From a virus (Duplodnaviria > Caudoviricetes): a stretch of 50,145 bases of DNA. The notes under the pieces are model-generated. The model was given only the letters and a program-made list of their open reading frames with translations. It did no database searches and was not told the DNA's origin. Every line of letters begins with the position of its first letter. The stretch's first letter is position 1. The stretch is taken from positions 1-50,145 of the IMG/VR virus record IMGVR_UViG_3300027680_000001, one strand, 5' to 3'. Shown in pieces: positions 36,498-46,147 of this stretch. The translations under genes were made by a program, and so were the position numbers.

Positions 36498-37286
36498 ATG
36501 ATAGTAAGCGATATCTTTCCGGGGATGATAAGACTCTTGATGGGGCGCACCTTGGCTCAAATGAATATGGTAGATTATATTCATAAAGGAGTTCTAGAGC
36601 TTACAGAGAACTTTAAATTCCAAGGTCTTCAAACAACTGGACCTACAGTGCAATTAACAGCTATGCTGCCGAATTATGATCCATCTTATTTCATGAGTGC
36701 TCATGATGTAGGATCGTTTTATCCAACTCCTATTGTGAATAAGATTAATTCATTCTTTCTTTATACTTCGTACTCTGGGCCTTATGTAACGGGAACTGCG
36801 CCTCAGTATGGGCAAAATACAGGATATAACTTGACCTTTAGAACTGTGGATAATATTGAAGTTCTCATAAATGTTCCAGGAATGCCTATATATTGGTCAC
36901 GTTTTAATGATCAAATATGGATAGGTTCTATTCCTGATCAAGCGTATTGGGTGTACGCGAGATATCAAAAGCAGCATCCATTTCCTCTAGGCACCACGCC
37001 TCCTCCTTCTCCGGGAACTACTCCGTGGGCGGGGAATGATACAATATACATGCCCGATTCGTGGAAGGATGTGCTTGAATATCAATGCGCGATGCGTGGA
37101 GCGCAGGAGTTAAATCTAAGCACTAAAGCATCTGAACTTCATACGCGTTTGTATGGAGATGAGAAGTTTCAACGAAGTGGAGGATTAGAAGGTTCTCCTG
37201 GTTTAATCTTCCAGCGTACTTCTCAAGAGAATAGGGATCAAACTACTTCTAGGAAAACCTTTCGACTTAAGATGGGGAGTGTGTAA
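36498..37286 (+). CDS. Putative head-tail adaptor
   Basis: G.P.YW..IWI..PDQAY..Y and P..W.DVLEY pattern of adaptor proteins. Confidence 0.6.
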   Translation: MIVSDIFPGMIRLLMGRTLAQMNMVDYIHKGVLELTENFKFQGLQTTGPTVQLTAMLPNYDPSYFMSAHDVGSFYPTPIVNKINSFFLYTSYSGPYVTGTAPQYGQNTGYNLTFRTVDNIEVLINVPGMPIYWSRFNDQIWIGSIPDQAYWVYARYQKQHPFPLGTTPPPSPGTTPWAGNDTIYMPDSWKDVLEYQCAMRGAQELNLSTKASELHTRLYGDEKFQRSGGLEGSPGLIFQRTSQENRDQTTSRKTFRLKMGSV

Positions 37287-37287
37287 C

Positions 37288-38127
37288 ATGAGCACAGTTC
37301 CTTATGGAAATATGGGTGGAGTGAATCAAACATCTCCTGCTGCGAAGAGTACAGCTCTTTCTCCTGTAGGAACTATGTCTGCCTCTCCTCAAATTCCTGG
37401 TGGGAATGTACCTTCTTCTACAAATCCTTATATGTTTAGCTCTCCCGGTACTACAGGTAATGTTCCATCTCAACAAGATCCGAATCTTCAAAAACAATGG
37501 ACAGATATTTATGGTAAAGGTACTGGCGGAGCGATGTTAAGTGAGTATCAAGGATTACAAGGCACTAATAATGCTGCCTTTCAAGCTCTTGTAGCTTCTA
37601 TGGCTCCGCAATTTGCGAAAGAACAGGCTAATTTTGGCCAAAGTATGGGAGCAGCGGGGGTTTCACCTAATTCTACGGTTCAATCTTTAGGTCTTGCGGA
37701 TTTACTCGCGCAGCAGGGAGCTACCTTATCAGGTGCAGATGCTCAGATGATTATGCAGAATCAACAAGAAAGATTAGGACTTTTACAAGGAACAGAGCAA
37801 GCTTCTGCTACTGAAACCGCGCAGAGTGGATGGGATGTGTTTGGAAAGGTAGCAGGAGCTTTAGGAGGAATTGCTGGCACTATGATGGGTAATCCTGGAG
37901 GTTTAACAAGTTTAATGTCTCTCTTTAAAGGAGCAAGTAACGCTGGATTGTCTACTCCTTCAGTTACTGGTGTAAATACACAGCCGGAACTTTCTGGAGA
38001 TTATAGCATTCCTTCGGAGACTTATACTCCGCAGACGCTTGATCTTTCTCAAGTGGATGTAAACTCGATTCCAGTTGGAGGATACCTCCCTTCTGAGCCA
38101 ACACAACAATATATGTTTGGGGGTTAA
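37288..38127 (+). CDS. Putative DNA ejection (internal virion) protein
   Basis: G/S/Q-rich with hydrophobic GALGGIAG segment. Confidence 0.6.
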   Translation: MSTVPYGNMGGVNQTSPAAKSTALSPVGTMSASPQIPGGNVPSSTNPYMFSSPGTTGNVPSQQDPNLQKQWTDIYGKGTGGAMLSEYQGLQGTNNAAFQALVASMAPQFAKEQANFGQSMGAAGVSPNSTVQSLGLADLLAQQGATLSGADAQMIMQNQQERLGLLQGTEQASATETAQSGWDVFGKVAGALGGIAGTMMGNPGGLTSLMSLFKGASNAGLSTPSVTGVNTQPELSGDYSIPSETYTPQTLDLSQVDVNSIPVGGYLPSEPTQQYMFGG

Positions 38128-38129
38128 AT

Positions 38130-39986
38130 ATGGCGCAGGAAATTGAGCAGCCTGTAGTTTCGGGGAGAATAAGTGATTTAACTCCTGATGAGAAAATTGC
38201 GTATGATCAGGCTATGAAGAGGGGAGATCATCCTGATGTTGCGTATAAAGTAGCGAAGGCTACATCTAAAGGTAAAGCGCAATATAGTGGAATACCTTAT
38301 GGTGGGCAGAAGGGTGCTATAGAATTACCTACAGGTAAAATACAAACTCCAGAACAAAGAAAAGCTGCTCAACTAAAGCAGGTGACAGATATACAAAGTG
38401 GAGCAGCGTTTAAACCTTCTGTAGTTCCAACTGCTGGATCTGTTGCGAAAACTCCTGATTCAGTTAAAACTGGTGGTACTAAACCTGGACAGATAGCTGC
38501 AATGAGTTCTCTCTTTGGAAAACCTCCTATATCTGAAGCTCAAATGAAAGCTGTAGCAGAAGGTATGGGTGGAGCACCAACTCCTTTTCCTCAAGGTCAA
38601 GCTCCTTCAGGTGGAGGTCAAGAAAGTGGTTGGGATTCTATGATGAGGGATCTCAATAAACCTATAGATCCCAGCGTAGTTCTTGCTGGATTGATGCCTA
38701 CAATGCAAGGTCATCAGATGGATATTCCTCCATCTATGTTGCAACCGCTACAGCCTTTTCAACAGCAAGCTTATCTTCCAGCGAGTTATGCTGAAGGAGT
38801 TGTTGGAAAGAAAGCAGCAGGGAGAGCAGGTATTGCGAATGCTATAATCGGAGTTGGAAATGCTGTTGGAGCAATCAATAATAAATTACAACAGCAACAG
38901 CATGAAAAGACTGCTACGGCAACTCAAAGATTGATTCGAGCACAACAGACAATTGATCAAGCTTCGCAATATCTGAATCAGAAGGGAATTACTCCAGAGC
39001 AATCTGCTCAACTTCAAAAGCGAATTGATGATTCTAAGATGTTGATGAATACAATTCTTTCTGATCCAAAGATGAGGAAAGCTATTGGAAAGGGAATGGA
39101 TGTTTCCTTTACTGATCCTTCGGAGAATAAGACTCCAGAGCATCAAGCAGTTGGAGCTGGGAAGCAAGCTGCGCTTAATCAACCACAGGGTCAAACTTTC
39201 CAAGCTCAATTTGCGAAACAGATGCCTCAAACTATGGGACAAGATCCTATGGCGCAATTTAGACTACAACAAGCGATTACTCAAAAACAGAGTGATCAAG
39301 CTCTTGCGAAGGCTATGCTTCCGAGATTGGCTACAGCTCAATCTCAACAAGAGATTGCAGCTGTTAAAGAGGCTGGCGCAGAGGTTAGACAAGCAAGAGG
39401 TTTTCAAAATCAGTGGGGATTACAAGCAAATAGATTTGCTCAGACTCAGTGGTTACAAGCACAAGGACATGCGTTTAAGTTAGATGAGATAGGTAAGCAT
39501 ATTCAATGGCAAGGTGATATGTTGCAAAAACTTGCAGCTGATAAGCAGCTTTCGCCTCTTGCTATTGGGAAGTATGAACAGCAAGGTAATTATCAATGGG
39601 GACAGCTTGAAGCTCATTATAAAGGACAACTTGATCAGTTACAAACTGATTATTCAACTCAAGCAGCGAACTATGCAAAAACAACGAATAAAGATCAGAA
39701 AGCTGAAATTGCTAAAGGAATGCAGCAAAATCGCCAAGCATATCAAATGGGATTAGAAATGCTTCAAAATTTAAATGCTCCAAATGGTCCAAAAGCGAAT
39801 TTCTATAGAGGTGTAACAGCTTTAAGAAATATCGCAGCAGGAGGAGACGTTGGCGGATACGATCCCGAGGCTGAATCCGGAGGAGATGAAGAAGGAGGCG
39901 GAGGAAACGAGTACACCAGCGGCGCTGACTTCGGTATATCAGCAGTTACTGAAGGCGTCTCAATCCTCCCTTCCACCACTCCGTGA
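38130..39986 (+). CDS. Putative DNA ejection protein, Gln-rich
   Basis: 618 aa Q/A-rich helical protein in the ejection cluster. Confidence 0.6.
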   Translation: MAQEIEQPVVSGRISDLTPDEKIAYDQAMKRGDHPDVAYKVAKATSKGKAQYSGIPYGGQKGAIELPTGKIQTPEQRKAAQLKQVTDIQSGAAFKPSVVPTAGSVAKTPDSVKTGGTKPGQIAAMSSLFGKPPISEAQMKAVAEGMGGAPTPFPQGQAPSGGGQESGWDSMMRDLNKPIDPSVVLAGLMPTMQGHQMDIPPSMLQPLQPFQQQAYLPASYAEGVVGKKAAGRAGIANAIIGVGNAVGAINNKLQQQQHEKTATATQRLIRAQQTIDQASQYLNQKGITPEQSAQLQKRIDDSKMLMNTILSDPKMRKAIGKGMDVSFTDPSENKTPEHQAVGAGKQAALNQPQGQTFQAQFAKQMPQTMGQDPMAQFRLQQAITQKQSDQALAKAMLPRLATAQSQQEIAAVKEAGAEVRQARGFQNQWGLQANRFAQTQWLQAQGHAFKLDEIGKHIQWQGDMLQKLAADKQLSPLAIGKYEQQGNYQWGQLEAHYKGQLDQLQTDYSTQAANYAKTTNKDQKAEIAKGMQQNRQAYQMGLEMLQNLNAPNGPKANFYRGVTALRNIAAGGDVGGYDPEAESGGDEEGGGGNEYTSGADFGISAVTEGVSILPSTTP

Positions 39987-42900
39987 ACCAGATAGCACTC
40001 CTAGTTTTAGCGCAGGAGGTAGAGGAGGAGGTGCGAACCTAACACAAAGATATTTACAAGAAGTAAATAGATTAAGAAAACTCGACGCTGCTAAAGCGAA
40101 GGCGTCTAAACCTGATACGATGGATTATAATAATCTCGATTCAATGCAATTGAGTGAGAAGATCCAATCCTTGAAAGGGAAGGATTTTGATCCAATGAAG
40201 CTCGCGAATCCGCGAGATACTTTAAATGCGTATATGTATAGATGGGAACAGTATACTAACGCAATGCGTGCTCAGATGACGAAGAAAGGAATGAGTGAGA
40301 GAGATCAAGAGAACTTTATTGGTAATGCATCAGGCACTTTCTATGATGCGTACTTGAAACCTACATATGATAAAATAGGATCTCCTGCTTTTAATAGAGA
40401 TGTATGGATGCATAATAATAAAGATATTATGAGTGGATGGAATATGGATAAAGCTTATTCGGATAGTAGACTCGCGTATGGGTTCAAGACAGGACTTTTT
40501 AGAGAATTTCCTGCGATGGCAGAGCACGCGATTGCGTCATGGATCTTTACTCCTCCTATAGAGGTAACTGATGAGAATTACATGCATCAATATGTAAGAG
40601 CCTCTCAAACAGGAGCACCTGTTTCAGGATATTTTGCTGATCTTAAAGAACAAGAGAAAGCTGATAAACAATATCCAAGACTCTCCGCACTGCGAAAGTA
40701 CTTTGATAGTGGAGGAGATAAGTACGATGTTCTAACAGCTATGCGTCCAGCTAAGGGAATTCTAGAACATACTGGACAGTTTGTGGGATCTAATCTTCCG
40801 CTTGTTGCTCTTTCAATTGTAAGTGGAGGTAAAGTAGGTGCTGCGAATGTTACAGAAGATGGAATATTCATGACTGGAGCTATCTTAGATGAAATAAATT
40901 CTGCTTCTCTTACAGAGAGTATGATATCTGGAGCAAGAGCGGCAGGTAGAATTGGAACTGGAAAGGTAGGTGATATCACAGGATGGCTTGCGTCAAGTTC
41001 GTTAGAGATGGGAATTGATGGTGCGAAGTATGGATTTGTAACACGTCCATTTAATACAAAGCTCGAAGCTTGGAAAGACGCACTTGAGTTTCAAGCAGGA
41101 GTTCCTATAAAAGCTGCTGCTACTGGCGTTGGGATATTAGGAAAGAAGATTATCTCAATGATAGGGAAGAAAGTAGTTGAGGGAGATTATGAACATTTAG
41201 AGAAAGATGCAAGGGCATATCTTGATGATAAAACTAAAGGTCAATTGCCTGCTCCTCCTACATACGTTGAGGGTGAGTATGTAGGAGAACCTCCAACTCC
41301 ACCTCAAGATCCTACTATTATAGATGATCAAAAAAGATTGATGGCTGAAGCTTTCAAAGCTCGCGAACAAGCGCAGAACATGCTTACAGATGGGAGGACT
41401 CCTGTAGATGCGCGAGAAATGGAGGAAGCCTCCGAAGCTGGCGTTTCACAGGTTATGCTTCATCGCGGCAAAGCTGCTATACCTTGGATTAACGATACTG
41501 CTGCTGCGCATATTTTAAAGATGGAAGATTCTGGAATGAATCCATCGGAGATATTTAAGCATGAGAGGGAACTCTATAGAACAGGGACTCCTGAAACTAA
41601 AGAGATGCTAGACGCAGTTATGCGTATATGCAGCTCTCTTGGAAAGAAGACTCTTAAGGATCTTGGAACGGATGCTAAAGCGAATCTCTTAGCTTCATTA
41701 CAGCAGTTAACCGAGAATGCTAAAACTAAAGCGGTTAAATATAATCCTGAGCTTCAGGAAGCACTTGTACAGAGAATCACATCTTTGCCTGTAGCTGCGC
41801 TGGATCAGAACATCATGCAATCGCTAATGAGCGATGTAATGAAGTCAATGCCCGCGAATGCTACAAAGCAAATGTTTGAGGATGGTCTAAAACAAGCTCT
41901 CGCGAAGAAAGTTCTCGCAATGCATCAGTGGAGCGATGGACAGCTTTCTCTTGATAGGATAGGTCAAGTTACAAAAGCTGCAAAGCTACGCGATGCATAT
42001 GCACAGAAGAATCCTGTAAGAGGATGGAGTGAGGTAACACGTTATAGAAAGACAAAGTCTGGCGAACCTTCAATTTCGTACTCCTTCAATCCTCAATGGA
42101 CTGTATATGCGAAGAATGCACTTAAAGCGAGAGGAAAGAAGTGGACTCCAGAGGAAAATTCAGAGGAAATTAAGAATTGGGTATCTGATCTTAGCGAAGA
42201 TGATTTTGCAGCTGATATCCATGCGTATTTCTTACCGAAATTCTTAAAAGATATCAATCTTCGTTTCGAATCAGGTAATGTTAAGAATCTTGGAAAGGAT
42301 TGGACTAATCTTTGGAGCTTTGCGTTAAACTTTAAGGATTCAATGCCAAAGGCTTATGCAGATAGATTAGAAGAAGAGATGCTTGATTCTCCAAGATTGG
42401 CGAAGTTCTATAATGAGATTAAGAATAATCCGGCGATCTCAGCAAAGGAAAAACTTAACTTACAGAGTGGATTGACAAGAAAACTTTCTCTCTCGATGTG
42501 GAATCACGTAGATAACTTCTTGAACTCAGGTCACTTCCCGAAGGAGAATCATATTTATAGAAGTACGAGTACACATTGGAATGATCCTACAAAGTGGATG
42601 GATCAACTCTTTAAAGAACGAGAACAGTATGAACATGAATTGATTGATAAGATGTTTGAAAAAAATACTCCCGCGAATAAGATCGCGAAAGCTACACTTA
42701 AGGCTGTGATGAATGATCGGAGACTTGCGTATAAGAATAAAGAACCTCTTAAAGTCAGAATGATGAGTGAGAAGATTAAGAGTATCCTTACCCAAGAAGG
42801 TCCGAGAGGAGGGAAGAGTCCTGTACTTAAAAAGGTACGAAGTCCAGCAGGAGATACTCCACAGGCTACTTTAGAGACAGGAGTTGCTCTTTCAAAATAT

Positions 42901-43956
42901 GAAATAGGATCTCAAATAAAGCTCAGAGAAGCTGATAGGGAATTTGATGATATAATTAAAGCGCGGGAGAAAGATATAAGAGAAGCTGTTTTTCATGAGC
43001 AAGCTCTTGAGCGTCCTGGTTTGAGCGAAAAGGAACGTGCAGAACATGAGACTGCTGTAAAAGCTGCTGATGAACGTATAGCTTCTTATGTACCTAAGTT
43101 GCGTGATTTACAGAATAAATATGGAGGTGTAGGGGGTATAGGAGGTATTACTAAGCAAGCTTTAGCTCATGGCGCTGTGTATACAGATAAGCTTGGAAGG
43201 AAAAATCTTTGGTTAAGCGACGATATGTTTAATAAATTGAAACAGGTAACTGAGAATAGAACCTTAGCACAGGCTGAACAGTCTGGAGGTTATAATTTAT
43301 CTGGAAGAGATATTCAAAGAAATTGGTCTTTAAGAGCTATTCAGGATGATAAAGCTGGAGTTCTTTCTGCTCAGGATAAGAATATTCTTTCTCATCTTGT
43401 AGGCGAGGCGTATAAAAACGTTACAGGTGAAGGTATAAATGTAATGAGGGCAGGAAAAAAAGCAAGTTATGCTTCTAGAGTTTATGGAGAAGAAGCAGGA
43501 CATGGATGGCAAAGAATTCTTCATACTATTGGCCCTCAAGGAAGACAAGTTGTTAATGAACTTAAAAGTGCCTTTAATGATACTCAATGGGAACATTTCA
43601 ATAAGACAATGCCAAATGCTATGAGAAGTTATCTTAATTCAGAGAATCTTTATCAAAATGTTCCAACATATATGAAAGTTGTAGAGGCAACTTGTAAATT
43701 GATTGTGCATCCTCCAGAATTACATAATGTTCCTGAAGATGAAGCAATAGATTATATCTATGATTATTATGATAATATTGTAAAAGAAAGAGGAACAGAA
43801 GCTTTAAAACGTCTTACAACTGCTGTCGGTTTTGCAGAAAGACTAAGAAAAGAATTTATAGCAGGAACTGCGAAACCTAGAACATCAAGTGTTTCAAGTG
43901 TAGGAGGTGCTTATGTCCAGCCAAGGGATACAATTCCAGCAGGGGGGCAGTGGTGA
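39850..43956 (+). CDS. Large internal virion protein with C-terminal zincin-like motif
   Basis: 1368 aa; TTG start with GGAGG; EEAGH..E near the C-terminus. Confidence 0.65.
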   Translation: MADTIPRLNPEEMKKEAEETSTPAALTSVYQQLLKASQSSLPPLREPDSTPSFSAGGRGGGANLTQRYLQEVNRLRKLDAAKAKASKPDTMDYNNLDSMQLSEKIQSLKGKDFDPMKLANPRDTLNAYMYRWEQYTNAMRAQMTKKGMSERDQENFIGNASGTFYDAYLKPTYDKIGSPAFNRDVWMHNNKDIMSGWNMDKAYSDSRLAYGFKTGLFREFPAMAEHAIASWIFTPPIEVTDENYMHQYVRASQTGAPVSGYFADLKEQEKADKQYPRLSALRKYFDSGGDKYDVLTAMRPAKGILEHTGQFVGSNLPLVALSIVSGGKVGAANVTEDGIFMTGAILDEINSASLTESMISGARAAGRIGTGKVGDITGWLASSSLEMGIDGAKYGFVTRPFNTKLEAWKDALEFQAGVPIKAAATGVGILGKKIISMIGKKVVEGDYEHLEKDARAYLDDKTKGQLPAPPTYVEGEYVGEPPTPPQDPTIIDDQKRLMAEAFKAREQAQNMLTDGRTPVDAREMEEASEAGVSQVMLHRGKAAIPWINDTAAAHILKMEDSGMNPSEIFKHERELYRTGTPETKEMLDAVMRICSSLGKKTLKDLGTDAKANLLASLQQLTENAKTKAVKYNPELQEALVQRITSLPVAALDQNIMQSLMSDVMKSMPANATKQMFEDGLKQALAKKVLAMHQWSDGQLSLDRIGQVTKAAKLRDAYAQKNPVRGWSEVTRYRKTKSGEPSISYSFNPQWTVYAKNALKARGKKWTPEENSEEIKNWVSDLSEDDFAADIHAYFLPKFLKDINLRFESGNVKNLGKDWTNLWSFALNFKDSMPKAYADRLEEEMLDSPRLAKFYNEIKNNPAISAKEKLNLQSGLTRKLSLSMWNHVDNFLNSGHFPKENHIYRSTSTHWNDPTKWMDQLFKEREQYEHELIDKMFEKNTPANKIAKATLKAVMNDRRLAYKNKEPLKVRMMSEKIKSILTQEGPRGGKSPVLKKVRSPAGDTPQATLETGVALSKYEIGSQIKLREADREFDDIIKAREKDIREAVFHEQALERPGLSEKERAEHETAVKAADERIASYVPKLRDLQNKYGGVGGIGGITKQALAHGAVYTDKLGRKNLWLSDDMFNKLKQVTENRTLAQAEQSGGYNLSGRDIQRNWSLRAIQDDKAGVLSAQDKNILSHLVGEAYKNVTGEGINVMRAGKKASYASRVYGEEAGHGWQRILHTIGPQGRQVVNELKSAFNDTQWEHFNKTMPNAMRSYLNSENLYQNVPTYMKVVEATCKLIVHPPELHNVPEDEAIDYIYDYYDNIVKERGTEALKRLTTAVGFAERLRKEFIAGTAKPRTSSVSSVGGAYVQPRDTIPAGGQW

Positions 43957-44095
43957 TTATCCTTCCGAAGAGGAATTAAAGATTCTTCTTGAAGCTCATA
44001 AGAAAGGGAAGAAAGCTTTTGCTGAAGCACTTCGGGCTATATGGGCTAAAAAGAGAGGAGATACAAATGGGAGGATTCAGCAAAGCAATAGCTGA
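43913..44095 (+). CDS. Small overlapping protein
   Basis: AGGAGG RBS; 60 aa bridging two large genes. Confidence 0.5.
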   Translation: MSSQGIQFQQGGSGDYPSEEELKILLEAHKKGKKAFAEALRAIWAKKRGDTNGRIQQSNS

Positions 44096-45971
44096 AGGAG
44101 CAGATCAAATGATAGGTTCCTTCTATAAATATCTTTCAGAGAAAGCTGGCTCTGGAATGGGTTCAACTTGGGGACCAAAAGCTTCTGCTGCGGGTAAGGG
44201 AGCGGTAGATATATTATTTTCTATGAATAGATCCTTCGATGAACACCCTCTTGGAGCTGGTGTAAAGAATATGATAGCTGAAGGTATACGCCAAAAGCAT
44301 CAATCTGAAATGAAGTATAGAGCGCCAGTAGATAACTTTGAGAAGATTGTAAAACAGAATCCCGATCTCGCAGTGAAACATGATTATAATACAGCGTCGA
44401 TAAAGGATATTTATAATGGCTTGCCTCAAAATCATGCTGCACGTCAAGCACTTGATCCTCTAATGATGAATCGGAATTATCATGATCTCACAATCCATGA
44501 TGTAAAACATATTATGGAGAAGCGCGCTAATATAGAAGGTCGCGCGAAAGCGTTTGGACCAGATGGATCTTATTTAGCAGCGAATCTATATCCATTGCTA
44601 AGTTCGCAAAATCCTCTCGAACGCTCTCGTGGTGAAGCTTGGATGGATATGATATCGCAGATATTTAGAGATAACATCGAAATTGAAAGAGGAGGTCAAC
44701 TCTCAGAGGAATCTGCGACAAAGAAACAGGTAGCTGATGTTATCAATAAATCTCGCGCTCGTCAAGGATTAAATCCTCTTGAATTGAGTGTAAAGCCTGG
44801 ATATGAGAAAGGTGGACCTTTAGAGAGACTCTCGCATCAATATACAATGAACTTCTTAGCTCCTTGGATTGCGATAGCGCATTTAGGAGATTTTTTTAAG
44901 CTCCCGTCTACTATACCCGCAGCTGCCCTCTGGAAAACGTTTCAAACGCTGAATGATCCTACGATAGCATCTATGAGAGATGCGTCTGGGATATTTACTC
45001 ATACACTTCACTCTATATATGATAATGATTTTAACTATAGAACCGGAATGATTGCGCGAAGAACAGACAAACCTGGAGCGGCTGCAATCTTTCATAAGAT
45101 GTGGCATCAACCTCTCTTTAATAATCTGCGTATGTCTCAACTCTCTACAATGGGAACAGCAGCGTATCACTCTGCACAGATGTGGGGGAAGCAAGCGTTT
45201 CATGGAGATAAGCTTGCGATTAAGGAACTTGAAGATCTCCATCTTGATGTAAATGCTATTGTTCAGCGTGGAGGGAATCTTACGAATGAAGAATTAGAGA
45301 AAGCGATGTTCCATTTTACGAATAATAGACTCTTTATAGAGAAGCCGCTTTCGCGTTCTTACTTAGCGCAGAAGAATCAATTCTTTCGTTTAGGTTTCAT
45401 GCTTCATGGATATGCTACGAGAGAAGCGCAGTTTATGTCTCATGAACTTTATAAGTATATGCAAGCAGGAGATTGGGGAAGAATTGCTCAATTCGCTGGA
45501 ACTGTAGCTGTTCTCTTCCCCGCGGCTGCGCCTCTTTTAGAGAGTGCATCTATGCTTATGCGTACCGCATCTCCTAGCGAAAGCTATGATCATTTGAAAG
45601 ATAGATATGATGAATTGATTCATCCAAAGGGTATGGGAGAGTTTGCGTATAATTATTTAACTCTATTAGGTCACTTTGGCGGGGCTGGAGCATTCATGAC
45701 CTATCTTCATGCAGCGAATCAACACCGTCTTGCTGCTACGATGCTCGGTCCTCAAATGGGTACAGCAGTGGGAACTGTTGAAGATATAGCTCAATCTTTC
45801 AAAGAAGCTAAGACTACAGGTAAACATAACCTTGGTCCAGCGGAACGAGATATATTAAGGTATTATACCCTTCCCATAATTGGTCCTTGGGCAGCACAGC
45901 ACTTAGTGCCTAAGAGAAAAGTTGGCGAAACAATAACAACTAGACATAGGATGCGTCCTAGGGAGAGGTAA
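44067..45971 (+). CDS. Putative internal virion protein with hydrophobic C-terminal region
   Basis: Start moved to MGGFSK (GAGGAG RBS); C-terminal hydrophobic helices typical of large ejection proteins. Confidence 0.65.
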   Translation: MGGFSKAIAEGADQMIGSFYKYLSEKAGSGMGSTWGPKASAAGKGAVDILFSMNRSFDEHPLGAGVKNMIAEGIRQKHQSEMKYRAPVDNFEKIVKQNPDLAVKHDYNTASIKDIYNGLPQNHAARQALDPLMMNRNYHDLTIHDVKHIMEKRANIEGRAKAFGPDGSYLAANLYPLLSSQNPLERSRGEAWMDMISQIFRDNIEIERGGQLSEESATKKQVADVINKSRARQGLNPLELSVKPGYEKGGPLERLSHQYTMNFLAPWIAIAHLGDFFKLPSTIPAAALWKTFQTLNDPTIASMRDASGIFTHTLHSIYDNDFNYRTGMIARRTDKPGAAAIFHKMWHQPLFNNLRMSQLSTMGTAAYHSAQMWGKQAFHGDKLAIKELEDLHLDVNAIVQRGGNLTNEELEKAMFHFTNNRLFIEKPLSRSYLAQKNQFFRLGFMLHGYATREAQFMSHELYKYMQAGDWGRIAQFAGTVAVLFPAAAPLLESASMLMRTASPSESYDHLKDRYDELIHPKGMGEFAYNYLTLLGHFGGAGAFMTYLHAANQHRLAATMLGPQMGTAVGTVEDIAQSFKEAKTTGKHNLGPAERDILRYYTLPIIGPWAAQHLVPKRKVGETITTRHRMRPRER

Positions 45972-45972
45972 C

Positions 45973-46137
45973 ATGAGTGGACAAAGTGCAAATCTTACTC
46001 TCGCAGAGGCAAAAGCTATGCAAGAGTGCGTTCAAGCTTCTGGTTCTCATGCTTCCAATCATGGAGGCTCTGGGAAGAAATCAGGCTCTAAGAAAGGAGG
46101 AACACCTATCGATAAAAAAGTATCACATCAGGGATAG
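45973..46137 (+). CDS. 54-aa G/S/K-rich peptide (not in ORF track)
   Basis: GGAGAGG RBS; MSGQSANLTLAEAKAMQECVQASGSHASNHGGSGKKSGSKKGGTPIDKKVSHQG. Confidence 0.6.
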   Translation: MSGQSANLTLAEAKAMQECVQASGSHASNHGGSGKKSGSKKGGTPIDKKVSHQG

Positions 46138-46147
46138 GGGGGAACAT

